A stretch of DNA of 64,000 bases from Carcharhinus amblyrhynchos (taxonomy: Eukaryota). The DNA is taken from positions 42,346,001 to 42,410,000 of the forward strand of contig OZ336885.1 in the NCBI GenBank assembly GCA_965287045.1, in the 5' to 3' direction. Positions 34,223 to 48,170 of this stretch are shown piece by piece; within the stretch, counting starts at the first letter, position 1; every line of letters begins with the position of its first letter. The notes below the pieces were generated by a model. That model was not told the origin of the DNA. It worked only from the letters and a program-made list of their open reading frames with translations, and did no database searches. The position numbers were made by a program, and so were the translations under genes.

Positions 34223-35754
34223 CCAATAACAATAGCATTCAGGCTTATGTCAACAGCAGCTAATGATATTGCCAGCACATATTCTTCCAACAAACATCTT
34301 ATTTTTAGTTTCAAAAGTTTAAAGAGCAGAATATTTGAATGACTTGACGGCTTAACAGCTCGCGAGACACCTAACCATTTTTTACAGGCATTCATGTAAA
34401 CTCTTAACAATTCCAAAGGATACCTAACCATTCTCAAAGGGGTGCCTTCATTCCCAAAAAGATTATAGCTTTTCCCAAAGAACTCTAGAAGGTTTAAACC
34501 TTCTCAAATATCCAGGGCCAACAAATAATTGTTCAGAAACCTAGGGACCAAAATGCCTCTGAGTGGAAACAGCTACACTTACAAACATGCAGCTGTTCTC
34601 ATGAACCATGGAATGGCAAAATTCAAAATGGTGGGTGCCAGGTTCATGTGTGGGACTTCTGGATTGGTGTGTTTTGGCACCATTTTGGCTAAAGTACAGA
34701 GCTTTTAACCAACTCACCAAAGAATTCAGACTTTAAGTGTGTGGGAGATTGTGAACAAAATCTAATTTATGACACAGAATTGTTCAACAAATATCATCAA
34801 CTTCATCAAGCTTTACTCTCAAATAATCCAAAAGGATTTTATTATCTGCTTTAGAAGGAACATGTATTGAATGACAATCTACCAAATCCTTTTCATTTTG
34901 CATGCACTTGCTCAAATGTAAGGAGCACTCATACAATTTAACTTTCCAGAGCAGCAAGCAGTTTTATTTTTAAACGTTGCTGAGTGAAAAAAGGGGCATG
35001 AAGAAAATAAATATGAAAACACATGTCCCAAGACAAACACATTCTGGTGATGAGGAGGGATGTGGAGTACGCTAGTTGTCTGTTTTATTTTCATTTTGTT
35101 GCCTAGTTAGTTTCACTCATCACTTACCCTGCTTCTCCACTTTTAGCTCTTCCCTCTTTTTGTTTTTTTTTTAATCATTATTTTTAGATTTTCTCTTTTG
35201 AGCTAAAATCTTCAATCACACACATTCACAGACAATACTCCATTCATGCCTGTGCTGTTATTATGCAAGTGATAATACAATTCAATAGATCAGCACCTCT
35301 GTTGAAATATAGCACAGAAAAGTAGGTCAAGCATTAAGTATTTGCATACCTCTTAGATTAGAACATCTACCGTTCATGCTCGTTTCAATCTATGTTCTTT
35401 ACAGCATCAGGAAATAAAAGATACTAGCAGAGAATGATCAGGCTGGAAGACATGAGTAAAAGAAAGTAATTCAGGTAAAACCACAATCCTGGGAAAAGCA
35501 GAGCACAATAATTGGAATTGCTGGTAGGCAACTGTGCAGAAACAATATTATGTAAAAGAAAAGTCCAGATTTCGCACGCAAACATTTAAACAGGGTAGTT
35601 AGGGTGCAGATATAGTGCCTTTTCAGCAATAGCTAGTGAACTTCACTAGAGATTTCTCCTTGAATACTTCCCGACATCCAGCTCAGTCATAATGCCAATC
35701 ACCACCCTTGCAGCAGTTCATTTGATGCTGAAATTCTTAACTGTGCATTTGTTC

Positions 35755-36890
35755 AGCCCAATTCTCCCATCATGGCCCGCAACTTTTCTGGCGGGTCCGG
35801 TCGGGAGAATAACATCGTCAGCCTTTTTCCAGGATTTGCGCATGCATCGGCAACGCATGTGCATCTCCCAGAGCCGGAGAACAGTCGGAGTCCAGACCAT
35901 ACCGGAAACTGGCAAGAAGACAGGTAAATGGTTTGAATCTTTTTAAAATATGTTTTGCATGTCATTATCAGGCCCAATCGAATCTCCCACCCTGCCAACA
36001 GTACTTCATTCTGGTGGGGTTCAGAGTAGCTCCCCTTGTTCAAGCAACTAGTGGGAAATTCTGCCGAATGAAGCAGGGGAGGGCCAATCAGGGTCCTTCA
36101 GGGGGTCGGGTGGTAGGAGGGGGGGGTGCCACCTGGGCATGGGCACCTTGACAGTGCCAGCCTGTGCCCCCGGCACTGCCCAACGGGCAAAGTATCCATG
36201 CTGAGGGAGCACCTTGGCACTGCCATCAGGCAAGTGCCAAGGGGACGGGGCCTATTGTGGGCTGGGCCAGGGGCAATTGGTGGGGATCAGAAGGTCCAGC
36301 TGCCACACTCATGGCAATTGGCCTGGGCTGGAGGGAGGCCAGCGAACAGGGTGGACAGGGGATTGGTGATATGCCGGGGTTGGGGTTGGGGGTGGGGTGG
36401 GGGGGGGGGGAGTGGATGCAGAGGGGGGCCTGCCTCCCAGAGGGTGTATGACCACGAGGGGGGTCAGCGGGCGGGCTCTGCCAGGGTAAGAAGGTTGGGG
36501 GATCACCACTGCTGGGAGGGTTTGGGCTGGATATCAGAGGGCTCCGGGGTAGGGGAAGTCAGGGCTGGCTGGGGAATTGTTGTGGGGTCCGCAATCAGGT
36601 CGTGGGGGGAGGACCTGGAGAGGCAGCACTGTGGGGTTACTGGGCAGGCCAGCGATTGAGTTGGCCAGCAAACGGGGGGACTCATAGATCGGAGCTGCTG
36701 CGCATGCGCAGAGTTCCAGAACTGTCAGACTCTGGCGCAAATAGGCCCCACCTCCCCCAGGTTTGTAATGATATTCACGATTGTGGCCTCTGTGTTGTAC
36801 AGAGTGGGGAGATTCGAGTCTGAAAAAACAGTCATGATCTAGAACAGTTTTCCCATCAATTTAGCACTTTTGGGAGAATCACCCCCCTCT
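35755..36890. mobile_element. Non-autonomous Harbinger-type element (GC-rich interior)
   Basis: Ends CCCAATTCTCCCA ... TGGGAGAATCACCC are inverted; subterminal sequence shared with 56500-57597. Confidence 0.7.
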
Positions 36891-37649
36891 CTCGCCTCAG
36901 CTATTCCAATACTTTCATGGCCTGACTCTGGCCATTCACTGCACGAGCTCCAGTTCGCAGACAGGAAGCCATTGATCGTTCTATCTCAGTTCTCTGTGAA
37001 AATTGATAGTGGAAGGCAGAGAACAATGATGGAGATGTTGAGGAGTCCTTACCACAATCACAAAGACCTCTTGATTGATGTTCCATATATACTGACCTCA
37101 GGTTTGTGCTTAAAATAAACAGCAGCCAGAGCGTGATGCCCCATCAGATATAGTTTAAGAAAGTGCAGTTTGTTCTTTTAAACAGCTTGTAAAAATCAAT
37201 GCAATCTTTTCAGTTAGTCTTTAAATTAGGAATATGTTGCATTTTCTTTGGTAGAAACAAAATGCCTATTATTTAGGTCTCTGACTCAGGTTTAAGACTT
37301 ATATCATATATATTCATGAGCGATATACAGTTACTCTTACAATGCTTTCTGTCTAGGCCAGAAGAGTACAATGAGAGGCCGAGCTATATGTTAAATAGTC
37401 TGAACAGAATGAAAATGATTTAGAGTGTTTCACTTGGAACAGATACACCCAACACAATGTTCAACTGAAATTGCACAGACCCTGAGTCAAGTTTCTCTTG
37501 CAGTTTTTTTCCCATTTCAGTCCAGCACTAACCAACTCAATACTGCTTATTGTTGCCTAACCTCATCCCTCATTCAGTTAACGCGTCACACGTGCTAATG
37601 ACGCACAATTGCATGCTCATTAAAACAAAACATCTTCCATGAAATCAGA

Positions 37650-38150
37650 GGAGAAACCATAGGAGGAGTGGAGCAAAGGGGGACAGATAGAGTAGCTAGG
37701 GAGAAACTATTGCTACAGGTTGGGGCAGTCAAGGACAAAAGGATATCATCTAAAAGTTAGAGCCAGACCTTTCAGGAGTGAAATTCTCAAATGCCTCTGT
37801 ACACAAATGGAGGTAGAAAATTGGATCTATTTCACAAGTTGATGCTTGATCCCTTGTTAATTTTAAATCAGGGATTGATAGATTTTTATCAGTCAAACAA
37901 ATTAAGGGACATGGAGCAAAGACAATGGGGGGGGGGGTGCGGAAATCATAGCGTGTGGGTGGGGAAGGTGGGGGGGAGGTGGAGGTGAGGGTAGAGCATG
38001 CAAAGGTCTATTGACCTCAAGTGAGATTTTCTGGTTTTGGGGTGAGCATGGCTGGAAAATCCCACTGAATAGGTGGCATATCAGCCATGATCTCATTAAT
38101 TGAAGGGATAGATTTGAGGGACTAAAAAGATTACTATTCCTGTTCCTGTG
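37650..38150 (+). mobile_element. Old CR1 3' fragment
   Basis: SRTKGYHLKVRARPFRSEI-like motif and ATCAGCCATGATCTCATT 3' UTR. Confidence 0.6.
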
Positions 38151-38877
38151 GCCAAAAATTTATAATTCAAAAATCCACTTGTTGCCTGGGACAAGTCCAA
38201 TTAATTTTTAAGCATGCCTCAAAAGTCAGTGGCCAGTCAGTGTCCAAAACAGGCAAGAGCCCTGATTTAAAACTGGGATCTTATGTCAGTTGTGAAAATC
38301 CAATACAACTTCCAGGTACCAGTGGGCAGAGTAAACGCTGGCATCTCCACGTTTGAGTAAATGTGGCATACGCTCTGCACCATTGCTACCAGACAAATAG
38401 TATCCTAACCAGTGGTTCTTAGTTGTTACAGGCCATTCTATTAACAGGTGTGTGAATGCCAGCCACTTGATGTGCACTTTTTGGCATTGCCGCTTTTATA
38501 AGGTTTAATCTCTTACTTGGTCAATGGAGCAAGCCATCAGATTTCCTACCCATTCCCTAATCTGTGAACTTCCTACCAATGTTCATTGAGCAACTACAAA
38601 TTCACTGAACAAATTCAAACAAAACCATGAGGTGGTTTGGACCTCTCATTAGTGCTATTGGGAGAGTGAGAGAATCAGTTACTCACTGCCCATCTAGTGT
38701 GCACCGTATCTGAAAATCAGGCCCACTCTTTCTCGTGATTTGTGTGTTTGTGTGAGACAAAGAGCACAAAAGATGTAAGTCAATGAACAGGAAAACACAA
38801 AGGAGGGTGAGAAGGTTGAAAACATTACCAGGGTGATTGATTTGGAGTCCATGTCAACATTTAAGAATCGGTTAGAA

Positions 38878-39322
38878 CAATAGTGGGCAACCTGCAGTAT
38901 GGGACTCACATGCAGCCCGTCTGGGTTCTGAATGCCAGTCATGAGACATTTTGCTGATTATTGCCCCCTCGCAGGGTTGCATCTGATTTCCATCTGTAAT
39001 TTTTTTCCCACTGAAGTAATGTGCATGTGAAGAAAGGGCAAGTGAAGAGAGGTGAAGGGTGATTCCATGCAACATTGCCCGTGAAGGCTCTTTGTCCAAA
39101 GTGTAAATATTTCTTTTGTTTTAACCATTTGAAGTTGATGATAGTTCAATTAATATATAAATAATTAAGCATTTTCTATAACTCAATATGAAATATTCAG
39201 AATGTATTAGAAGTATTTAATCTTTGGGTCGTGATTAGTGAACAAGCTTGATTTCAATCTTGCAGCCTACTGAGTTGAAGGACACACAAGAAGGACTCAC
39301 TAGTCTATGTTGCCCATCCATG
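38878..39322. mobile_element. hAT-type MITE
   Basis: TIR CAATAGTGGGCAAC ... GTTGCCCATCCATG; 8-bp flanks GGTTAGAA (38870-38877) and GATTAGAT (39323-39330). Confidence 0.75.
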
Positions 39323-39338
39323 GATTAGATTGTTGGTT

Positions 39339-41222
39339 GAACAAAGAACAAAGAAAAGTACAGTACAGGAACAGGCCTTTTGGCCCTCATAGTCTGTGCC
39401 GATCATGATGCCTAAACTATACTAAAAAAAACTTCTGCATTTACTTATTCTTTATCCCTCTATTCTCTCCCTACTTACATTCCCATCTAGATGCTCCTTA
39501 AATGTTACTAATGTGCCTGTTTCCACCACCTCCTCTTGCATCCAACACTCTGTCCATGAAAAACTTGCCCTGCACATCTCCCTTAAACTTTCCTCCTCTT
39601 GTCTTGAACCTGTGCCCCCTTGTAATTCCATCCTGGGAAAAAGCCTCAGACTATCTCATAATTTTGTAGACCTCTGTTAGTTTTCCCCTCAACCTTTGCC
39701 TTTACACTGAAGAACAATCTTTGTTTATCCAATCTCTCTTGGTCAGGGACCAGGCAACCTTCTTTGGACTCTCTCCAAAGCTTCCATGTCCTTCTGATAG
39801 TGTGGTGACCAGAACTGCACACAAATAGTCCAAATGCAGTCTAACCACTGTTTTATATAGCTGCAACATGATTTCTCAACTCTTGTACTCAGTGCCCTAG
39901 CTAATGAAGGCAAGCATGTCATATGCTTTCTTAATCACCTTGCCCACATGTGTTGCTACTTTTGGGGAACTGGGGACCTGCACACCAAAATGCCACTGCA
40001 TGTTAATGTTACTAAAGGTTCTGCCATTTACAGTATAATTCACATACAATTTGATCTTCTAAAATGCACCACCATGCATTTGATTGGATTAAACTCCATC
40101 TGCCATTTCTCTGCCCAAGTCTCCAATCTATCTATATCTTGTGTATCCTCTGATAATCTCCGGCACTATGAACAACTGCATCAATCTTTGTGTCATCCGC
40201 AAATTTACTAATTAGACCACCCACATTTTCCTCCAGATCATTTATATATACTACAAACAAAAGAGGTTCCAGCACTGATCCCTGCAGAACATCACTAGTT
40301 ACAGATCTCCATTCTGAAAAGTACCCTTCCACCACTACTCTCTGTTTTCTATGACTAAGCGTGAACTTCTGTCTTTCTATGACTAAGCCAGCTTTGCATC
40401 TGTCTAGTCAACCCTCCCCGAATCCCATGTCATTTTAGTTTTGTACCATCTGCCATGTGGGACTTTGTCAAACACCTTACTAAGTCCATATAAACTATAT
40501 CCACAGCCCTTCCCTCATCAATTAAGTTTGTCACCTCTTCAAAAAAACTCAATCAAGTTGGTGAAACATTCCTTGTACAAAACCATACTGCTTGTCACTA
40601 ACAAGTCCATTTTCATCCAAATGTGCATATGTCCTGTCTCTCAGTATCTCCTTGAAAAGCTTCCCATCACTGACATCAGGCTCACTAGCCTATAAATTCC
40701 TGGATTATCCCTGCTTCCCTTCTTAAGCAACATTGGTATTCTCCAATCTTCTAGAACCTTGCCTACGATCCAAGAGGATGTGAAGATATCTGTTAAGACC
40801 CCAGTTATTTCTTCCTTTGTCTCCCACAGTAACCTTGGCTGGATCCCATCCTGTTCTGGGAACATGTCTACCTTAATGCAATTTAGGTTACCTAACACTC
40901 CGTCCTTCTATACATTGACATTCTCTAGACTGTTCGCACACCTATTCCTGAGCTCAGCCTCTGTCTTGTCCTTCTCCTTGGTGAATACCAATACAAAGTA
41001 CTCATTTAGGATCTCACCCACTTCCTGTTGCTCCATGTATAAATTCCCTCCATTGTCTTTGAGTGGGCCTAGTCTTTCTCTTGCTACCCTTTTGCTCCTA
41101 ATATATGCATGCAAAACCTTGGGATTCTTCTTGACCCTGTTTGATGAAGACATTTCATGGCCCTTTTAGCCCTCCTAATTCCGCGTTTAAGTTCTTTCAT
41201 ACTTTCAATATACTCCTCAAAG
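39339..41222 (-). mobile_element. Degenerate CR1 ORF2 and 3' end (TTCTTTG-type tail)
   Basis: VLQGSVLEPLLFVVYINDL..ISKFADDTK, GSRDNPGIYRLVSL and NPKVLHAYIRSKR motifs. Confidence 0.9.
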
Positions 41223-41691
41223 GAACGAAACTGATTGAAATACAACACAACAGATTAGGATCTCTGTTCACATGGAGGATAAGTACAGACAAGTCGGGCC
41301 TGTTTTAGCGTTGTAATGTTGACGCACAAGTTACACAATGATGTTGTTTGTTTTGATTTGTTTATTGTGTATTGTCATAATTAATAAATTTGTAGAACCT
41401 GTTTAATGAAGGGTCTTCCCCTTTATGGCTACGTTTCAGTAGTTAACATTGCTCCAGCACTTTTTGCTTTTTCACCTTTGGGGCAAAAATTCTCTTCTCA
41501 GCTGATTGTGTGAAAGTCTGTCTGTCTCTTGGCTGTAAGGGTCTGCGATAAATAAAATTGGGCTATCTCAGCCCTTCTTATAGAGAGCTTGGGTCCACAC
41601 TACTAAACTGCTACCAATTTGGCAATCTTATTCAGAAAGAATGGCTGGTGTGAGAAATGTGGTGGGGGCTGTGGGGGTGGCGGGGGGTTAG

Positions 41692-41978
41692 TCTTTCATT
41701 TTCCTCTCCTTTTCTGAGTTAGTGACTCATTTTGAGATATGAGTGCTGATAGTTCTCAGGTACTTAACCCATGATGGTTGTTCTCAGATGCCGTAATCAG
41801 CAGCTTAACATATCCTCTTTCTGTCAGCAGCTATCTAGCCTATTCTTAAATGTTGAAATGAGCCCAATCAGCCACTCTGGTCATGCATTCCATGTAAATA
41901 GATGCCATAATTACAAGAGTAGGACATAAACCATGTGGTTATGTTTTTGACCCCTTTTCATTATCTACAATGCACAAG
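41692..41978 (+). repeat. Left arm of a long inverted repeat
   Basis: Reverse complement of 43492-43768 with scattered substitutions and small indels. Confidence 0.9.
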
Positions 41979-42809
41979 GTGCTGATAAAGGTGCATTAGG
42001 TGCTGACCTTTCACCTTTGGAGACAAGTTCCATAATATCACTGGTAAGAAAAGTAAAACCATTTTTAGAAAAATAAATTTTGAAAGCACTAAACTGTCCC
42101 AAAGATGATAAAAGCAGAGCCCAATATGATAATGAACCTCTCAGATTAGGACGATCACAGGCTCAGTCACCAGTCTATGTTGAGTTGGCTGAGATTAGCT
42201 AAGGATTTAGGAGGATCTATCCTTGGCCTTCTCATATTTCCAATCTGTGTGCTGCTCCTCTACAACATTATCCAAGAGTATGTCACAATTCACATGTATA
42301 TTGACAACAGGCTACATCACCATTACTTCTTTTGAATCTACCACTCATTCTGATTTTCATACAGTATTCTGACATCTGGTATTGAATAAGTAGAAATTCC
42401 TTTAACAGAACATTAGGATGACTGAAGCTGTTGCTCAAAATTGTGCTGGAAATCAACAAACGTTAATGGCAGACAGGAAAAGCGACATTTAGCCCAGTGA
42501 CAGCAATCACAGCTTTTCCTGCCTTACTGCACACCTTTTAGAACAAATATTTTAAAGCCATGTGATTCACACCAGATTGTGAGCAGGTGGCTTCTGATGC
42601 ACTAAAGATGAGGGTGCTAACATTTAAAGGCCATCCCAGCACTCCCCAACCACATCTCCTTGGCCAATGCAAGTAATGGCTCCAAGGAAGGGTGTTGTCA
42701 GCTTCTCTGATGCTCCTCTCATGGGGCTGCTGGATGCAGTGGAGGGACAATGTGATATTCTGCACCCATGTACAGGGAGGAGGTCAGCTGGCAGGATTTC
42801 CACTCGTCT

Positions 42810-42810
<1 letters not shown>

Positions 42811-42841
<31 letters not shown>
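42811..42841. repeat. (CA)n microsatellite
   Basis: About 15 CA units. Confidence 0.95.
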
Positions 42842-42845
<4 letters not shown>

Positions 42846-43491
42846 TGTCTTCTCATCCTCCAGTCCTTTGCTGGTGCTCCCTCTCCCCCCAAAATATGCA
42901 GAGTTTCTCTGCAAGTGCAGTTCTCCCCTCAGAATTCTGCTCACTTGGTGCACACCTTTTGAAATCAGTCATGATTTGTGCCATCGTGATATTGTGGCAC
43001 TCTGGGTGGATCTTCTGACAAGGGGAATGTTGGGAATCCTTCCTGCACAGAAGCTTGATAATGAGAAGAAAATGAATGGAAATGAGATTCCCAACATTGA
43101 ATGGCAGGAAACGCAGCCTGGCACAGACAGGGGGAGGGGCTTCTTGTGATATTTTTCACTCCCACTGCTGGGCCCACTGACAAAAACAGGAGCAAAAAAA
43201 TCCCAGTTTTGTTTGCATCACTAAGACGATCCGCTAGCCTAGATCTTTCTTTGGTCACTTTCTAAGCTTGAACCAGACCATTTGTAATCCTGGTGTTGTA
43301 TCTGACAGAACTGATTTTCTGGCCTCATATCTTTGTCATCACCAATACTACCTACTTCCACCTCTGTAACATTGCCCATCTTCATCTCTGCTTCAGCACG
43401 TCTGCCACTGTCCTGGAAGGCACCGAGCTTGTTCAGTGTTGATAAGGCTGTACCCACCCAGAAGATTGGTTAGTATTCCTAACACTCCTGA

Positions 43492-43768
43492 CTTGTGCAT
43501 TGTAGATAATGAAAAGAGGTCAAGAGCATAACCACATGGTTTATGTCTTACACTTTAATTATGGTAAGTGTTTATATGGAATGCATGACCAGAGTGGCTG
43601 ATTTGAGCTCATTTCAACATTTAAGATAGCTGCTGACAGAAAGAGGATATGTTAAGTTTCTGATTAAGACATGTGTGAACAACCATCATGAGTTAAGTAC
43701 CAGAGAACTATCAGCACTCATATCCCAAAATGAGTCACTGTCTCAAAAAAGAAGAGGAAAATAAAAGA
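43492..43768 (-). repeat. Right arm of a long inverted repeat
   Basis: CTTGTGCATTGTAGATAATGAAAAG.. pairs with ..CTTTTCATTATCTACAATGCACAAG (to 41978). Confidence 0.9.
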
Positions 43769-44061
43769 TTGCTCCATCAAAAGCCATGTAAAATTGTTAA
43801 TAAAGTGCCACACTTCGTTCCTACCAGTGGCTGACATTCACAAATATACTGATATACATTTTTGTGGGCAAAAATGTTAATGTCATGGGAACACCCAAGA
43901 AACAGCTGCCTTCAGCTAACTAAGTCCAAAATTCTGGAATTCTCTTCCTTAACCTCTCCACCTCTCTCTCCTCTTTTAAGATGCTCCTTAAAACCTATGT
44001 CTTTGAACAGGTTTTGGTAATTTGTCCTAATGACTCCTACTTTGACTCTGTGTCAATCTAT

Positions 44062-44845
44062 GAGCCCTATTTTACTATTTTGATTCTAAGTGCTGAGCAG
44101 ACTTGAAACAACGAGTGTTTCACATCTGACTTTTAAACCCATTCTCAGACGCCCCCATACACACTCTGCCTGCAAAAATATCCGCGATTCTGAATTGCGC
44201 TGCAGAAGCCTGTGGGCAGGGCTTAACACACCCGAAATCCTGCAACTCCAATCAGGGCCTTCAACTGCATATGTGCAGAAAAAAAAGATAGAATGCTGCC
44301 CCCCTGCCAGATCCCTCCAGGGACGGTAATGCCTCCCCCTGGCCCCCACAGACATTGCACCACCCTCCTCTACATTACTGACCCCTTTATCCCCCCACCT
44401 CCCCACCATCTAGACTGATCACAGGCCAGTTTTGATTTCAGACAGAGTGGCGGCAGACCCCCTTCTCCCCTCACCCCCCTTCACCAACCTCAAGCAGAGA
44501 AGCAGTGGACCCACTCCCCTCGCCGCCTCACACCATCAAGCAGAGACTTACTCCTCACTAACTGGACTTCTGTGGAGCATGCCTGTTTCATGCCAATTCT
44601 GGATGGTGAACACAGTGGTAAATGAGAAGTGCTGCTAAAGTTGGGCGTGCAGTTCATTAAGTCAACTTAAATACATGCAAATGTATTTAAATAGCCATCG
44701 TGCCCATTTCGTGCATGGTCCCGACCACAGTCATTTTCGGGTCTTGGTAAAGGGGGAGCTGGCCTGGAGGTGGGTCTGGATCATGCTCCTTGTCTCATGC
44801 CTGACTTTACCAAGTTTCCACACCTGAAAGTGGGCACAATACGTC
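44062..44845. mobile_element. Non-autonomous Harbinger-type element, same family as 27312-28419
   Basis: GAGCCCTATTTTACTATTTTGATTCTAAGTGCTG start and colinear interior; right TIR lost. Confidence 0.8.
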
Positions 44846-46239
44846 TGATTGAACTCCTGTGAATCACCTCAGGGAGTGAGGGGGTTGTGGGCCAAAAGTA
44901 AAATTCTCACCATTGTCCAGTCTGAGCAGCCAGAGCTTTATATCTGAAAGACCAGCTTTAAAAAAAATCTGTCAGCCTTACATTTACTTTGGAATTGAAC
45001 TCAAGAAAGCAGGTTCAAATCATTTGGCTCACACACTCCACACAATGGTTGTTCTTTCTTTTAATCCCCTTTTGTCCATGTCAAGAATGGTAAGAAAGCT
45101 TCACTGCAGCTTGAAAAGAATTAATTGTGATTTACGATATGGAAATGTAGCTTCAGAAATAATTGCACTTCATGTGAAATCAAAGCAGTAAATTCTGAAA
45201 GGTGAGATGTGTAAAAAGCATACTTTGAATGGAATTAGCATGCTCATGAATTTACTGTGACCCATCAGGCTCTTGAGCAATCACAAAAAAAAGAATGCTT
45301 TTAATGTGAAATTATTGAATTATTGAAAAGAGAAATTACAGGTTTACTTTGTAGTGCAAAACAAAACAGTTCACTTTACCAGAGCTCTTTCGAGTTGCAT
45401 GGTGTCAGTCTTCACAGACTGAATTTATTCCAAGGTAGAGACCAAAGTCTATTGTATAAAGAAATAATACTGTTTCTCGACATTAATAATAAATTGACTG
45501 TGACACAAGGGCTCTTTGTACTGCCACTGACTGGAATCTTAAGTCTAATCAATACATGTGCCTCCAACTGAGAAACACCAGACGTTTAAAAAACTCATAT
45601 CCGTGGCTTAACATTCTCCCTGTATTATCAGAGTATTAGAAGAGATTAAAAGACTGCAGCCTGTGATTTACAATACATAGAATTTTAATGTCTACCAACC
45701 AAATGCAGAGAGATTCTATATCATGCTATCCTTATTATGTTCACCCAGCCAAATAAATTACTTTATTGCCTACTTAGGCAGTTAGTGGATTCTAATTAAT
45801 TACATTGACAGTGCTTGCTAAATGCAATTCTTTCTTGGGCTAGCTGAAACGACCACTGGTCATGACAAATCTTTGAAAGCCTTCATGAGCAATTTAAAGA
45901 CCTACTTTGTGGTTTCACCATTGATTATCCACATTTGGTAAGTCATGATAAAGATTAGTTTACTGCCCCCTGAAAACACATTTCAAAATGCAGCTCGATT
46001 CCTCTATTCTGGCTGGAACTTTGTTCAAAATTTGGGAAGGCTGAAAATGCAATCACACTTATTTCACAAACCAGACTTCTTCCCCAGGTGGTGTGTGGTA
46101 CATTGGTAAAAACAATAATTTGTTACATCACTCACTCAAGAAGGAAAGCAAGACAAAGTTAACTATGTGTCACGGTAAATAGTGCCGTAATGTATTCTGT
46201 TGGTGATGAAAATCTAACTTACTCATCTGGCAATACTCT

Positions 46240-48170
46240 CACATCAGGGGGGGTGAGAACCAGAACAATAGTAATTGTAGGGTCTGGGAAAAAAGTGAGA
46301 TTGAGATAAACATAGCGCAGAGTAAGAGCAGGCAGAGGGAGGCCGCGGGGCTCAGCGGGACTGGAGGCCTGGAGTGCATTTGCTTCAATACAAGAATACA
46401 GGTAAGACAGATGAACTGAGGGCCTGGATTACTGCATGGAATTATGATGTTATTGCAATTACAGAGACATTGTTAAAGGAAGGACAGGACTGGCAGCTTA
46501 ACGTTCCATGATATTGCTGTCTTAGACAGGACAAAAGGGAACAGAAGGGGGAGGGAGTTGCATTGCTGATTAGGAAGCACATCACTGCTGTGTTGAGGGA
46601 GGACACATTGACAGAATCTTTGTAATGAGGTATTATTGGTGAGCTCAGGAATAGGAAAGGTGAAACTACAATGCTGGGAGTGTTCTGTAGGATCCTAACT
46701 GCCTACAGGAGATGGAGAAACAGTTGTGTACTCATATACTGAAAAGGTGTGAAAAAAGCAGGGTATTTGTGGTGGATGACTTTAATTTCCACCATATTAA
46801 CTGGGACTTCTGAGCCACAAGCTCAAATGGAGAGCAATTTGTTTGATGTGTCCAGGAGAGCTTTTTGATATAATATGTTGACAATATAACCAGGGAGGGG
46901 GCCATACTAGACTTGGTATTAGGGAATGAGCTGGGCCAGTTGATCAATGTTTCAGAACGAGAGCATTTTGGGCTTAGCGGCCATTATTCCATAAGATTTC
47001 AGATAGTCACGGATAAGGACAAGAGTAGCCCACAAATGAACGTGTTTAATTGGGCGAGGGACAATTACATCCAAGTTAGACAGGAAATGGGGAATGTGGA
47101 TTGGGAGTGACTATTTGAGGGCAAATCCACATCTGTATTGTGGGAAGTTTTTAAAGGCCGGTTGATTGAAGTGCAGGACAGGTATGTCCCCACAAAAATT
47201 AAGGATAGAAATGGCAGGATTCAGGATCCATGGATGACAAGGGAAATTGTAAACTTAGTCAGAAGGAAATATTCACTAGGCCTAGGCATCTAAAAATTAT
47301 GAAGACCTTGAGGAGTGTAGTGAAAGTAGGAAGGAACTTTTAACATGGAATTAGGATAGCTAAAAGGGGCCATGAAATGTTTTTAGCAAATAGAGTCCAG
47401 GAGAATCCCAAGGCTTTTTATGCATATCTTAGGAACAAGAGGGTAGCAAAAGAAAGACTTGGCCCACTCAAGGACAATGGAGGAAAGTTTTGCGTGTAGC
47501 CACAGAAAATGGGTGAAATCCTTAACGAGTACTTTGTATTGACATTCACCAAGGAGAAGGACACAATGAATGTTGAGGTCAGGGATAGGTGTGTGAACAC
47601 TCTATAGAAGTCAATATATCAAAGGAGGCAGTGTTGAGTATCCTAAATTGCATTAAAGCAGGCAAGTCCCCAGGGCAGGATGGGATCTATTCCAGGTCAC
47701 TGCAGGAGGCAAGGGAAGAAATAGCTGGAGCCTTAACAGATATCTTCACATTCTCTTTGATTACAGATGAGGTTCCAGAGGACTGGAGAATAGCCAATCT
47801 TGTTCCCTTGTTTAAGAGTGGAAGCTGGGATAATCCAGGAAATTATAGGCAGGTGAGCCAACTTCAGTGGTGGGGAAGCTTTTGGAAAAGATACTAAGGG
47901 ACAGGATGTATGCACATTTGGGAGAAAATGGACAAGTTAGTGACAGGCAGCGTGGGAGAAGTTTTTCACACAGAGAGTGGTGAGTGCCTGGAACGCGCTG
48001 CCAAATGAGTTGATGGAAGCAGGTTCATTTGAAATATTTAAGAGGCATCTGGATGAGTACATGAATAGCAAGGGATATGGATCAAGTAAGGGCAGAATTT
48101 TTTTAGTTTAGATAGGGCATCATGATTGGCATAAGCTTGGAGGGCCAAAGGGCATTGTTCTTTGTTCTAT
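46240..48170 (+). mobile_element. Degenerate CR1 ORF2 with an internal deletion of the RT core at ~47952
   Basis: Endonuclease (IAITETLL, DDFNF, LDLVLGNE) to NPGNYRQVS..DRQ, then a jump to KFFTQRVVSAWNALP and a TTGTTCTTTGTTCT tail; same family as 39339-41222. Confidence 0.88.

Noticed and set aside
36126-36659. 177-aa Gly-rich ORF
   Set aside because: G-rich interior of a non-autonomous DNA transposon; low complexity
42667-43149. 160-aa ORF with His-Thr repeat as a host exon
   Set aside because: Crosses a (CA)n microsatellite and decayed transposon-like sequence; no homology recognised
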